DNA of 64,000 nucleotides from Lama guanicoe (lineage: Eukaryota). Each line of letters opens with the position of its first letter. Position 1 is the first letter of the stretch. The position numbers and the translations under genes are program-made. The DNA is taken from assembly GCA_013239625.1 (NCBI GenBank), contig MU054212.1, forward strand, positions 8,127,412 to 8,191,411. Direction: 5' to 3'. Below are positions 26,220 through 38,327 of the stretch, piece after piece. The notes beneath the pieces were generated by a model that was not told the origin of the DNA, did not search any database, and worked only from the letters and a program-made list of their open reading frames with translations.

Positions 26220-26829
26220 TTTATTGAAGTCTAGTTGCTGTACAGTGTTATATGTTACAGGTGTACAGTACAGTCATTCACAGTTTTTAAAGGTTATACT
26301 CCATTTATAGTTATTATGAAATACTGACTGTGTTCTCCATATGGAACAATATATCCTTGTAGCTTATTTTATACCTACTCATTTGTACCTCTTAATCCTC
26401 TACCCCTATGTTGCCCCTCCCTCTTCCCTCTCCCCACTGGTAACCACTAATTTGTTCTCTGCATCTATGAGTCAGCTTCTTTTTTGTTATATTCACTACT
26501 TCGTTGTATTTCACATATAAGTGATATTATACAGTATTTGTCTTTCTCTGACTTATTTCACTTAGCATAGTACCCTCCCAAGACCATCTATGTGGCTGCA
26601 GTTGGCAAAATTTCCTTCTTTTTTATGGCTGAGTAGTATTCCATTGTATATAAATACCACATCTTCTTTACCAGTCATCTGATTATGGACACTGAGGTTG
26701 CTTCCTTATCTTGGCAACTGTAAATAATGCTGCTGTGGACATTGGGGTACTTGTACCTTTTCAAATTAGTGTTTTTGGGTTTTTTCGGATATATGCCCAT
26801 GATTGGAATTACTGGGTCACGTGGTAGTT
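26220..26829 (-). mobile_element. 5'-truncated L1 3' end (cetartiodactyl-type 3' UTR)
   Basis: tttattgaagt...tttttatggctgagtagtattccattg...ggtagttc. TSD ctcatccaatatctt (26205-26219) / ctcatctagtatctt (26830-26844). Confidence 0.88.
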
Positions 26830-28685
26830 CTCATCTAGTATCTTGAGCACTATTCCAGCAGCCCTTTCTCTTGGAACACTGTACAGACATCCCACTGGTA
26901 TCACATGAACCTTGTTTCTTGCTCACTTTAAAATTCCGATTGTTTACCTTGGTGTTTTTAGCCATTAGAATTTATATTATATTGAGAGAATTCTTTCCAA
27001 ATGGAAACCTACAGTTCACACAGGCAAAACCTGAAGTTACAGGACTTTCACTTTTGTAGCATGAATCAAAGACATTTCTCCTAAATATGTTTTTGTTAGA
27101 TGCTAGATGCGTCCCCAAAGATGATCATTTATCTTAGTGAAAATAAATCATGAGTGTGGTAAAGATTAAACAAGAGTTTTATAGGCCACCAAGAAATAAT
27201 TTCTTAGTAGGTTACTAAAGAGAAGAAAGAAAGAAAAAACAACTTGTACATTTTCAGTGTCAAGTCTCCCCAGGCTAATTAGGATTTTAGTCATTTGAAC
27301 CAGGACAAACTTATTTAAAGCATTATTTTGGGGTTTTTTTTCCTAAAGGAGCAGAAGGTGGTGATAGAGATATGGGATGGTCAAATCAATGAACACTTTT
27401 GTGTAATTCATCCAGTAAAGGAGATATAACTAGAGCCCTCTGTTATTTCTGTGATATTTCTGTTAGGAAATGTAACTCAGTCTTTCTGTTACTTCTAGAC
27501 CACATTTGGTTCGGGCAGGTAAAATGTGCCAAAAGAACCAGTGTGGGGCCATGACTTGGGAACAGAAGAGGAACAGGGCGAGAGACTTGAAAATGAAGAG
27601 AATGTGTTATCAGTCCAGAGAGTGCATTGGTGGAAGTCCATAAAACTTGCGATCCTGCATGCAGAATTGGTCCTGAGGTTCATGGCCAGTGTTTGCTGTT
27701 GCATCATCTTTAAAGTGACCTTGCTCTTCTTGTGAGGCACACCTTAGGTTTCTGTGATCCTGTTCTTTTTCCTAGAAGTAATGTTTGTTTTTGTGTCAGA
27801 GCATATTAATTCTTTGTTCTTCCTTAGAGTCCGCCTACCCTGGCAAAGCCCTGAGAGGTAATTTGTCAAAAATGCCAGAGGCATTGACTTCCTAGGGAGG
27901 CAGTCTTTCATTCACAGCTCTACTTTGGTTACAGTCAGTAGTATCCGCTCACCCAAGAGCCCTCTGGGTTCCCTGCAAGGTTTGTATTTGGTGCTCAGTA
28001 AATCAGGAGAAAGCAAAGACACTAAAATGGACTTCCATCTCCAGCCCCGGCCTCCTTCCTTTTTGACGTTTTGGAAAGCCAAAAGATGTTTTCAGGTTGC
28101 TTAAAAATGAAATCTTTTAAATCCTCACACTTTAAATAATTACACAGTTGTTGTTTTATTTAAATTTAAGCCGGAGTTCCAGCAGCAGCCTAAGAATCTG
28201 TTCTTTCCGTGGACTTACTAGGTTCCTTCTATATGCCAGGCTGTGTGCCGGGCACTTGAATTCAGAGATGAACCCCGCATAGCGCCTCCTTGACAAGCCT
28301 CTGGTGATGGGGGCATCAGGCAGGGAGGCACTGCTTGATGGAAGGAATCTGAGGTGGAGAAGTATATCTGACCCCAAGAAAGTAATTTTGTGATTACTGT
28401 GCTGATACTTGGCCAGGGCAGAATGACCACTCCTGTACTTTTCAAAAGCTTTCAGAAATGGTGCATGTAAATGAAAACTGTGTTAGAGTGTGTGTGTCCC
28501 CTACCATGACCTCTGTAGATAAGTTTTAATACAGTCTTGGGGTACAGGTTTGAGCATTGTTGAGTGACCCCCATTATGGGAAGGTTACTTCTCCCTTACG
28601 AAAAGTCACAAGGCAAAGTAAAAGACTTATCTCTCTTGATCCCCAAATTGGTACGATATTTGTGTTGACTATCACTACGTTAAAC

Positions 28686-28806
28686 TTTTTTTGGGGGGGT
28701 GGTAATTAGGTTTATTTATTAATTTTTGGAGGAGGTACTGGGGATTGAACCCAGGACCTCGTGCATGCATGCTAAGCACTCTACCACTGAGCTGTACCCT
28801 CCCCCC
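28686..28806 (-). mobile_element. tRNA-Ala-derived camelid SINE (vic-1-like)
   Basis: Reverse complement of the same head and tail: ggtaattaggtttattt...gaggtactggggattgaacccagg...ctctaccactgagctgtaccctcccc. Confidence 0.9.
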
Positions 28807-30324
28807 AAAGGTATACTAACTTTTATGTAAAATATATGTATGTTCGTATTTCCTTGAAGTGCATGGAGACATTGACAGAACACAAACTAATCACAGTAGA
28901 ACTGAACAGAGAAGTCCCTGTGTGCCTTTCTATGTTTGGCAAAAAAATTGGAACTATGTAAACAGACTACCTAATTGACCAGTGGTGTTTCATTTAACAC
29001 TTTAATAGTATTTTTAAAATTAAATGGGTTTTGTTTTCAGCAGTGAGTTTTAGGTACTGAAATATGTGGGAAGCATCTCAAAATATCCACGGACTTACTG
29101 AAGTCACATGGATGTTAAAGCTTTGCCTAACGCAAGTACCCCTCTTAAGCTAAAACAATGGCCCAGATTACATGAAACGCGCTCCCGCAGCATCCGCCCT
29201 TTGAGGTCTCACACATGGCAATGCATAGTCTGTGTTTTGCTTCATTTTCTCCAGAGTCTGTCGGAGCTGCCGTAGGTGGTGTTCTTTGTGACGTGCCCAG
29301 CCTGCTTAGTATGCTGCGTGAATCTTGCACTAACTGCAAAGTAATCCTCCGCGAGGATTCTTTGTCGGTAACCTCTTCGGATGTCTGTGTTCTTCTCATC
29401 TATTGAGCACCTGGTGTAGGTCAGGTACTGCTCAGGGGCCCTGAAAATGAGAGATGACAGTTAATGACCATTTTTAAGCCACCCTGCTGCCGTTCTCTGC
29501 CCACCCACACCCCCCAACCCTGAGTCTAACTCCCCACCTTACGGAAGTTATTGAGCAATATCTGGTCTTGATGTCACCCCTGTGATAGTGCAGGACCACA
29601 GCCAGGAAACAAGCCATCTGCATCCTCCGGCCCCTGCCCCCTCACCCACCAGTCTGGGTGAAGGCTGAGTGGACCCCACAGAGACTGACCAATTAAGAAT
29701 AAACAAAAGGAAAGCTTTGAATACGTTATCCCCTCTGTAGGGACCTGCTGCTCACCATCAATACCCGTGAAATAGAAAGCTGGTGGGGCTTGTGAGCCAG
29801 TCAGTGTCTCTGCTAGAAAAGGAGGAAGCGGAAGAGGGAGTGATGGGTGGGTGCGAGCCCCCCCGCAGGGCGAGGGCTTCTGGGGGTGGATGTGCCGGCC
29901 CCTCCCCCTCCCTCCTGGCTCCCTGTCTCTTTCCGTTTCTGGAGGTCTAGCAAATCTGTCCCCCCAACACTTCTTCTCCAGGGGGAAGGAGAAAGAGAGG
30001 AGAGTCGTCAGCTGCCTAGGCAGGGGCTGAGGACAGGAGGGCACGGGGACCTGTAGATCTTTCCAACATCCCTTCACGGGGCTGGCGACACACAGTACAT
30101 GGAAAAGTAGGTTTGGTGTTTGGGAAGCCAGTTGTTCTCCGCCCACAATTTCTGACAGACAGGTAACACTGCCATGATGCTGACCTTAAGATGTCAGCGT
30201 GAATAACGGTGCATGTACTTCCAGCCTGTGTGATGCGTGTCACTGCTGCCTCAACTCCAGTTCAAAACTTGGTCAACCCCGCATGTCTCAATGGGGTCCT
30301 CAAAGTCCCAGATGGCTGCTTGGA

Positions 30325-30565
30325 GAAGCAGGGAAGGGGTAGCAGGCAAAGCTTGGGCTCTGGCCTGAGACTTATTTTCTATCCCGGCTCCAGCCCGTTC
30401 TCACTGTTTCATCTAGGGCAAATTTTGTATCCTCTCTAAGCCTCGTTTTCCTAGTATGCATAGGCCTTAGGGAGTTCTTAATGAGGATTTAAACAAGATA
30501 CGGAATATGAAGCATACCAGGCAGTGAATGGTGCAGAGTAATTGCCTTTAAAAATGTCAGCTGGC
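30325..30565 (+). mobile_element. MIR
   Basis: ttgggctctgg...atcccggctcc...tagggcaaatt...cctctctaagcctcgttttcc...tgaggatttaa. Confidence 0.65.
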
Positions 30566-30737
30566 ATTGTTGCCTGTAATTTCAGTGTACTCTTTTACCC
30601 TGTCTTTACAATATGCTGTGAGCTCTGTCCTCAGTACCTGTTATAATACCTGGCATGTAGCAGATGTTCATTGAAAGTTCCAAATTGAGTCTGGGAAAAT
30701 TGAACGAAATTAGACTGTGGTCTCCCCCACCGTATCA

Positions 30738-31490
30738 ACTTTATTAAGAATTAATTTTACGTACACTTTAAACGGATACAGTTGACTGTATGATTCTGTG
30801 GGTATTGGTGGCATGTATATGCCTTTGAAGCCATCACTCCTCTGCAGCTGCAGGCAACCACTGCTCTGCTTTCTGTCACTGTAGATTCAGTTACATAAAT
30901 GGAAACATGCAGGTTGTGCTTTTGAGTGTCTGACTCCTTTCACTCGGTGCGGTGATTTTGAGATTCATCCCCATTGGGTGTATCTGCTGCTCATCCCTCT
31001 TTGTGGCTGAGTAGTATTCCATTGTGTGGCTGCACCATATGTGATCAGTTACCAGCTGCTGGTGGTGGTTTCCAGGTCTTGGCAGTTATGAATAAAACTT
31101 CTGTGAGTTTTCATGTACAAGTCTAAGTGGAGCCAACGTTTTCATATTCTGAGGTAAATACCTAGGAGAGGGAGGCATGGGTAATATAATTGGTATTTAA
31201 CTTTAAGGAACTTAAGAAACTGCAAATAGTTGTCCACAGTGGTTGTACCATTTCACATTCCTACCAGAGAGTGAGGAGAGTTCCCCTTGCTTCACAGCCT
31301 TGTCAGCACTTGTTATTGTCAGCCTTTTCAGTTTGGCCATCCTTATGGATGTGTCCAGGTATCCCGTGGAGATTTTAATGTATGTTTTCCTGATGATTAA
31401 TGATGTTCAGGTCTTCTCATGTGTTTATTGGCCATTTGTATATATTCTTTAGTGGAGTGTCTGTTAAGATCTTTTTCTCATTAAAATAGG
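30738..31490 (-). mobile_element. Old L1 3' fragment (L1MB-like)
   Basis: caggcaaccactgctctgctttctgtcactgtagat...gctgagtagtattccattg...ggttgtaccatttcacattcc are typical antisense L1M 3' motifs. Confidence 0.8.
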
Positions 31491-31496
31491 TGGTAA

Positions 31497-31671
31497 TAGA
31501 TCAAAAACAAAAACAAATTTCTTCTGTGTAGCACAGGGAACTGTAGTCAATATCTTGGACTAACCTTTAATAAAAATGAATATATGTATTTATATGCATG
31601 ACTGGGACACTGTGCTGTGCACCAGAAGTTGATGCATTGTAACTGACTATACTTCAATAAAAAAAAAAAAA
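31497..31671 (+). mobile_element. Lineage-specific L1 3' end with poly(A)
   Basis: ctgtgtagcacagggaact...gcatgactgggacactgtgctgt...tgactatacttcAATAAA followed by an A run. Confidence 0.85.
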
Positions 31672-33309
31672 GATTGATAGAAAAGAGGATTGTAAAAAAT
31701 ATAATCTGGATGCTATAATATAGTCTTGACCTAGATTTTAATGTGTTCCTAACCTGAATATAAACCTCTCAAGAAAAAGAATAGATGTTTCTACCTGTTC
31801 TTTATCCACAGTGTCTCTTCCAGCAATTAGGTCCAGGTCTCAGTAAATACATATTAAATGATTCTATTAAAATAGACTGCATACTTTAACTCAGGGGGGA
31901 AAATGCCACTAAATCCCCTTTAAAAGTTGGTATGAAAGAGTTAACTTTAGGAGCTGTCTTTCCTTTGGGGTCTTAAGAGGAGATGCTCTTTTAATTCTGT
32001 GGAGAAGAACCCTGTAATTCTGTAGATATTCTTTTCTTTGTATTGAGTGTCCCTTTAACACTGTGTCTTTCTTTACTGTTCAGTTGGAAAGGAAAATGTG
32101 TAGAAATGTTTTCTTCTTTAAAGACAGCATGGAGCCACTTTCCTACGTTAGAAAGTTTGCCCAGGATAATCAAAGCATTACATGCCGCCCCACCCCACCG
32201 CCCTGCCCATCACTTCTTCTTCTTCTTTTTTTTTTTTAATTCTGAGGAAAACATTCCCCAACTCTTGCTCACTCCTTCTTCTGTCTAATTTGGCATTTTT
32301 GTTGTTGCCAGTTGGGCTCCTGACTTCTCTAAACCACCAAAGGAGAAATTGCCTCATGTAGAATTTAGAAACTGGGAAGCAAAAGCTCAGTAAGGTCTTA
32401 GGTTTTACCTGAAAGGATCTGCCGAGGGCCCTTGTGATTTTTTGAAAGGATGAGAATGCATGGCTTCCAGAGTCTTTCTGGCTGCAAACCAGATTTCTTA
32501 ACCACATGTGTTTCAACATTCAGAGATATTGTACCAGATAAGGTCACTTATGATTTCACAAATGCCCTAGGTCTACAAGTAGATTATGAGTGCAGTTTAT
32601 TTCATCTATCGCTTGTTTATTTTATTGCAAAACCTTGAGGCCAGATTTCAGACATTATAGCTTCCATGATGGCAGTAATCTCTTCCTAACTAGGTCGTAG
32701 ATCGTTATTTTCTGTGTTCTGGTTGGGACTGAGCAGGTCACAGCCAGTCGAGTATCAGTTGTGAGTTGAAAGTGTTCTTTTTGCTTTAATTGTGGTTGTT
32801 CCAGGAAAGGAAGCCAGATACCAGTCGGCAGGACATCCTGTGATTCCCTTAGTTTACAAGGCCGAGGACATGACTTTTTTTTTTTTTTTTAAATAAGATG
32901 ATTGCTTGCTTCCTTTCCTGTTAACAAGAGAGGCCAGAACCAGTGATGTCCATTGGCCTCTAAGGACTATAACCAGCAAACAACTGAATCTCCCCGCAGG
33001 ATCACCTGAAGAATCAGAGGACTTGGAAGAACGTCCGTGTCTCTCTATATGGGCCAACGATGGTTTGGTCGTTATTAGCATGTAAATAAGCAGTTGCCAG
33101 TTGTGTTGTCCTGAAATAAAACTGAAAAAGAGAGGAAGCGACCATTGTGGAAGTTCTAGGAATTCAGTACGTTAACATAAAATCTGGAATTGGGTATATT
33201 ATGGTCGATCTAACAAAGAAATATAGTGCAAATACTGCCCAAGAAGATATGAAAAATGTCCACACTCTGTTGAGAAACAAGCTGATGGGTACAAATGTAC
33301 ATGTGCACG

Positions 33310-33725
33310 GCAGTGGTTTCCTAGGGCTGTCAGAACAAATCGCCACAAACTCAGTGGCTCGAAATGTGTTCTCTCACAGCTGGGGAGGCGGGAAGTCTGA
33401 AAAGAAGGTGTCGGCAGGGCTCTGCCCCGTCCCGAGGGAAATCATTTTCGCTTCTTGCTGCCTAGTGTCGTGGCCCTACGCATTCCTTGGCTGGTAGCCG
33501 CATCTCTTCAGTCTCCACCTCTGTTATCGCGTGACCACCTTCCCTGTGTGCCTGTGTCTCTCTGTGTTTCCACACCGCCTTCTCATAAGTCACACTAGTC
33601 ATTGAATTTAGGACCTTAACCTCAGCTTAACTAATTACATCTGCAAAGACTTATTTCCTAGTAAGATCACATTCTGAGGTTTTGAGTGGACATGAATTCC
33701 AGGGGGACACTGTTCAGTCTAGTGT
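33310..33725 (-). mobile_element. MaLR solo LTR (MLT1B/C-like)
   Basis: tttcctagggctgtc.gaacaaat.gccacaaactcagtggct...ttaactaattacatctgcaaagac.tatttcc..taagatcacattctgagg. Confidence 0.82.
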
Positions 33726-35885
33726 CTATATATATGCATGTGTGTATACCATTTTTATAACTGTACGTATAAGATGTACCCCCCACACTCATATAAAAGA
33801 GGTCTTTAATTTTATTTTTATCTTTATTTTCTACCTTTCTATAGTGAAAATGTAGTGTTTTTTAATATAAAAATATTTTAAAAAATAAAAAACAGCACTT
33901 AGACATCTTCTTAAAAATAGTTTTTAAAACTAGCATTCTACCTTGTTTTTGTTTTCTTTGCTTCATCAAACTATTAGATTTTTTTAACCTTAATTTGAAA
34001 TAAGAATTAATCCTTTATAGCATATATACCCGCAAAAATACAGTCAATTAATACGTTTATGGTATTGTGTTTGTTATGCTTATTATAAGGATAGCTAAGA
34101 CTGAAATAATGCAAAGTAAACCAGGTCTGTGAGACATTGAGTCAACCAGGATAATATCAGGTCTTTGGTTTAAGTCCAGGAAGGCAAAAAAAAAAAAGTT
34201 ACAATTATACTCAATTGCTGAATTGAAATTAATTTTTTAAATATGCTTCAAAGTCTCTAGATTGAATTAATCCTAGGAACCTAGAAACTAGACATGGGGA
34301 GGCATTTTGCCAAATTTCATCCATTCAAATTGGCTCAGATATTGGGTAACTTTTAACACACGTATTTGCTCCAGAACTGATTTCATCTATTCACCGAATT
34401 CCTTTAGACTTTTCTGTCCATAGTAACATCTCTAGGTATTTAGTCAAGTAGTTTATAAGGTCTTCCCATTAATAATTTCCTTTCTCTTAATTATTTCTGA
34501 ACGCTCATTAATCAACTGTTATTTTTCTGTCTTTATCCCAAGTTTAACAAAACATTCTCAATTCAGCAGAGACCACAACCCCCCCACGTTATTTAAACTC
34601 CAACAGCATATTAAATTTTGTCCTTTGTTCCCAAGAGTCCTCATACCGTAGAGCTACAGAATCAAAAAGAGAGGCTTCAACTTAAATAACTTCTGTGCAT
34701 CCACCCTTTCCCAGAACCGAGGGTCTTACCACGTATCTGCCCCTCTGGTGTTTCTGTACCTGTTTCAGTTTGGACATGGCAGAGTTCTTACCCACCGTCT
34801 ACTCAAATGCTCATTATCTGCACTTTGTTCTGAGAATTACAGTGTTACTACACTGATACTGGAAATGTTTCTACTTTTGACCCGTGTCAAGGCAGCAGGT
34901 AAGGAGAGCAGAGAGGTTCTGCAAGTTAAGACTGTGTGTGTGTGAACTGATTTTTGTCAAGTGCTGTTGGGTATTTTGATGCAAGTCTGTTAGCCCTTTC
35001 TTCATTCCAGTAAATAATTGGTAAATGAGCTTACTGGTTAAAAATGAATAAATAATTTTTAAAAACCGGCTTCTGCTCCTGTATACAAGGCAGGTAGGTT
35101 TGGTGTCTCGTTGCCCAAACAAGACTAGCAGGAAACCAGGGAAGGGGAAAGAAGGATGAACTCTGACTCTGGAGTGGAATTGTGGGCAGATCGGGGAAAA
35201 TCTATTCTCTGGCCTAAATGAATCATTTCACCTGGGACCAGAAGTTCGGGGAATGATGGCCTGGGGAACTGGTGATGAAATCGTGCTCCTGGTTCTGGTC
35301 GTATTTCCCCACTGCTACACCAGCTTGGCTGAACGTTACTAACCTTAGCTCAGACAACCGAAATTTCCATTTCCTGTTCTCATGGTGTGCAGCCGTCTTG
35401 TAATTCATGGGATGTCCTCTGGGGCGGGGGAGCAGGTTTGAGGCAGAAGCTGGTCAGCACCTTGTCAACTAAAGGTAATATTTAAGAAGCTTAATGTTCC
35501 ACTGTTTCCCAGTTTGAAGTTGGCCATATTGGTTCGGCGTTGGGAGTCTACTCTAGAAAGAATGAAGAAGAGTCGACGGTGCGAGCAGAGCTGGGGTTAT
35601 GAGATTGCACATCCCGTGCTTTAGAGCTCAGTTCGCTGGGATATATTTTAACACTGGCCTGAAGCTCCCTCCTTCTTTTAGACTTAAATTTATTGGTACT
35701 TCACTTTCCGTTTCCATTTCAAAACGTTCTCATGAGTTTAAAAATGAATTTTGCCATAATGTAAATACAGACCTTTGGCTAGGCACCAGTCTCTAAGAGT
35801 GAGACGCCAAGAGATTTGGTTTTTCTTTCTTTCTTTTTTTTTTAAGAAATTGATTTTTCTAAACATACAGTCAAGATAGCAATCT

Positions 35886-36132
35886 AAATTGGGAGTTTGG
35901 CGTCAATTAAAAAATAAATACGTTGGAGATTTGGGATTGGCAGATACAAAACTAGGTATGGAACAGATAAACAACAAGGAAGGTCCTACTGTTTAGCACA
36001 GGGAAGTATATTCAGTGGCTTTAGTAACCTGTAATGAAAAGGAACATGCATATGTGTGTATGCATAGCTGAGTCACTATGCTGTACACCAGAAACTAATA
36101 CAACATTGTAAATCAACTTTCCTTCAATTAAG
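35886..36132 (+). mobile_element. L1 3' end (older cetartiodactyl type)
   Basis: agataaacaacaagg...tagcacagggaagtatattcag...gagtcactatgctgtacaccagaaactaatacaacattgtaaatcaact. Confidence 0.8.
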
Positions 36133-36589
36133 AAGGCACCAATCTGAAGTCGTTTATTAGTTGGAAAAATATATAAGCAGTGATGTACATGGTCTCTGTC
36201 CATTTTGACTCAGCTACCACAGAGAGCAAATTGAGAGACTCTGAGATATGTAGAGAGTCCAAGATATGTAGTAACTAGAAACGTAAAATGTGGTGGTTCC
36301 CCAAATATTAGCATGTTACAGCTGGCGGGTTTTTAAGCCAAAAATCATTCCCAGCAACACACTGAGTAACTCGTCACCCACATCTCTCCATTTCACGCCC
36401 TTCTTCAGGGAAACTGATGTTAAGAAATCATCTTGCTTACCGTGAAAATGTACAGTGAGGCCTTGGGGAGAACTGAAAAAGGGAAAATGGTTTCTATTCA
36501 AGACCATAGATGTGTCCTCATTTGGAGGTCTGTCTTCGTCCCACTTGCTCTTGTGACATAATAAAACCCGAGAACAGAAAGAGACCTGG

Positions 36590-36760
36590 TTGAGGACAAG
36601 AATCCTAGAATCAGCCCCAAGTCCAGATCCCAGCTCTTCCGTTGAATAATTGGCAGCGGGCAGGTCGCTCCCCCTCTCCGAGTCTGGGTATCTTTTCCTG
36701 CATGATGGCGGGAAGCAGAGCGTTGTTGTGAAGACAAGGTGAGAAAGTGAGTGGTAACTA
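36590..36760 (+). mobile_element. MIR (degenerate)
   Basis: ctagaatcagcc...agatcccagctct...gggcaggtcgct.ccctctccgagtct...gttgttgtgaaga. Confidence 0.5.
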
Positions 36761-37119
36761 CTTACTCCTGGGGAGGAAAGGAGCTCCAGAGAGGTGAGGC
36801 ACATGTGCGCGAGTCCGCCCGACTGGTTGATGGTAGCTCTGGAGTTAGAAGCCCGTGCCCCGACCCCTAGACCAGCACTCTCATGAAGCTGAAACACGTA
36901 CAGATACTGAGTGAGCTTTTCATGCAGTGCTGGAGACATGAAGAATGGGACATTTCTCCGCTCCTTTCTTTTAGACATCAGACCACAAAGTCAGCCTTGA
37001 TTGAGCCTCTCTTACCCATCTCACATAGCGCTGGGGACGCATCCTGACAGTTGGCTTACATGGTGTGATTTCAGTGATTCAGTGACTTCCCCCCTCCCCA
37101 CGAAATTCTCCCTCACGAG

Positions 37120-37420
37120 CAGTCATTCGGCTTTTATTTACTGTGCGCCCACTGTGTGCCAGGCACTGCTCTAGACACGGGACACACAGTAACGCAATAT
37201 ATTCTGTGAAGAACCTGCCTTCACAGAGCTAACGTGATGGGGGTGAGGGGTAGCGGACAGAAACCAACAGCGTAATGACAGGTTGTGTTAGTGTTGTGGA
37301 GGTGAGAACAGCGTGATGCAGGAGGGCCTGGAGGAGGCTGCTTCAGCGGATGGTCAGGGAAGTCTGGCGGAGGAGGTGACACCTGAGCTGCGCCTGAAGC
37401 AGGAGATGCAACCAGTAGTG
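37120..37420 (-). mobile_element. L2 3' fragment
   Basis: tatttactgtgcgcccactgtgtgccaggcactgctctag...ggtcagggaagtct..ggaggaggtgacacctgagctg. Confidence 0.7.
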
Positions 37421-37502
37421 CCAAGTGCTGGGAACGACCTCTTCCTTGGCATAAGGCGCAATGATCCCAGGGTTAATCTTGAAGCTGTCATCTCTCGTTT
37501 GT

Positions 37503-37656
37503 TTTATTTTTTTTTTTCTTTTTGTGGAGGGGAAGGTGTCATGAGGTTTTTTTGTTTTTGTTTATTTACTTATTTACTTAAATGGAAGTACTGGGGGTTG
37601 AACCCAGGACCTTGTGAATGCTAAGCACGCCCTCTACCACTGAGCTATCCCTTCCC
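37503..37656 (-). mobile_element. tRNA-Ala-derived camelid SINE (vic-1-like)
   Basis: gtactgggggttgaacccaggacc...ctctaccactgagctatccc with a T-rich tail on the left. Confidence 0.88.
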
Positions 37657-38292
37657 TGTTCATTTGTTTTTGGTTATGAGAAGATTTGGGGAATTCAGAC
37701 AGCTGAAGGAGGTACCTGAGAAGGAACCAGCACCACCAGGAGCATAAAGTAGTTCAGAACCAGGAGGTGGGGGGCCCTCTAACAAAATTCGCCCCCCACA
37801 CGACTTTGCCTAGTAGCGGTGGCAGGTTCATGCAGTCGCCACACGTTCTTCTGCTATGTCTGATGCACCTAGTTTTATGCGTGGATGGGGAAGAGGTTAA
37901 CAACTCACATGCACCCTGAAGGGTTGACCTGGGGCCGTGCTGGGAGGAGGAGGCTCAGGACCTGACTGGGAATGACTTAGGATCATGGGAGAGAGCTAAG
38001 GTCAGGGTGAGGAGGACCAGGGCCAAGTAGGGCTGGGAAAGTAAACAGAAGGCATATGGTAAAGACCGAGTGGGTGTACCAGGAGCCAAGTTGAGGGGGA
38101 GGGGACTGGGCAGAAGGTGGTGCCCTGAGGAGGCCAGCCAAGCCTGTGGCATGGGAATGAGCTCCGGGTCATTGAAATTATTTTCAGAGCATGGACCAAG
38201 CCACCCACTGTTTGAAACAGATGGACATTTAGGCAAATGTAATCAGTTATAATCAGTTGCATTTCTGACCATATGAAGAAATATATGCCCTG

Positions 38293-38294
<2 letters not shown>

Positions 38295-38324
<30 letters not shown>
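38295..38324. repeat. (GT)15 microsatellite
   Basis: Read directly from the sequence; a perfect repeat. Confidence 0.97.

Positions 38325-38327
<3 letters not shown>

Noticed and set aside
29574..30146. 190-aa minus-strand ORF
   Set aside because: GC-rich intronic patch, non-ATG start, no recognisable homology.
36316..36978. Longest ORF in the track (220 aa, minus strand)
   Set aside because: No recognisable domain, runs through a degenerate MIR, antisense within an intron, and has no supporting splice or promoter features.
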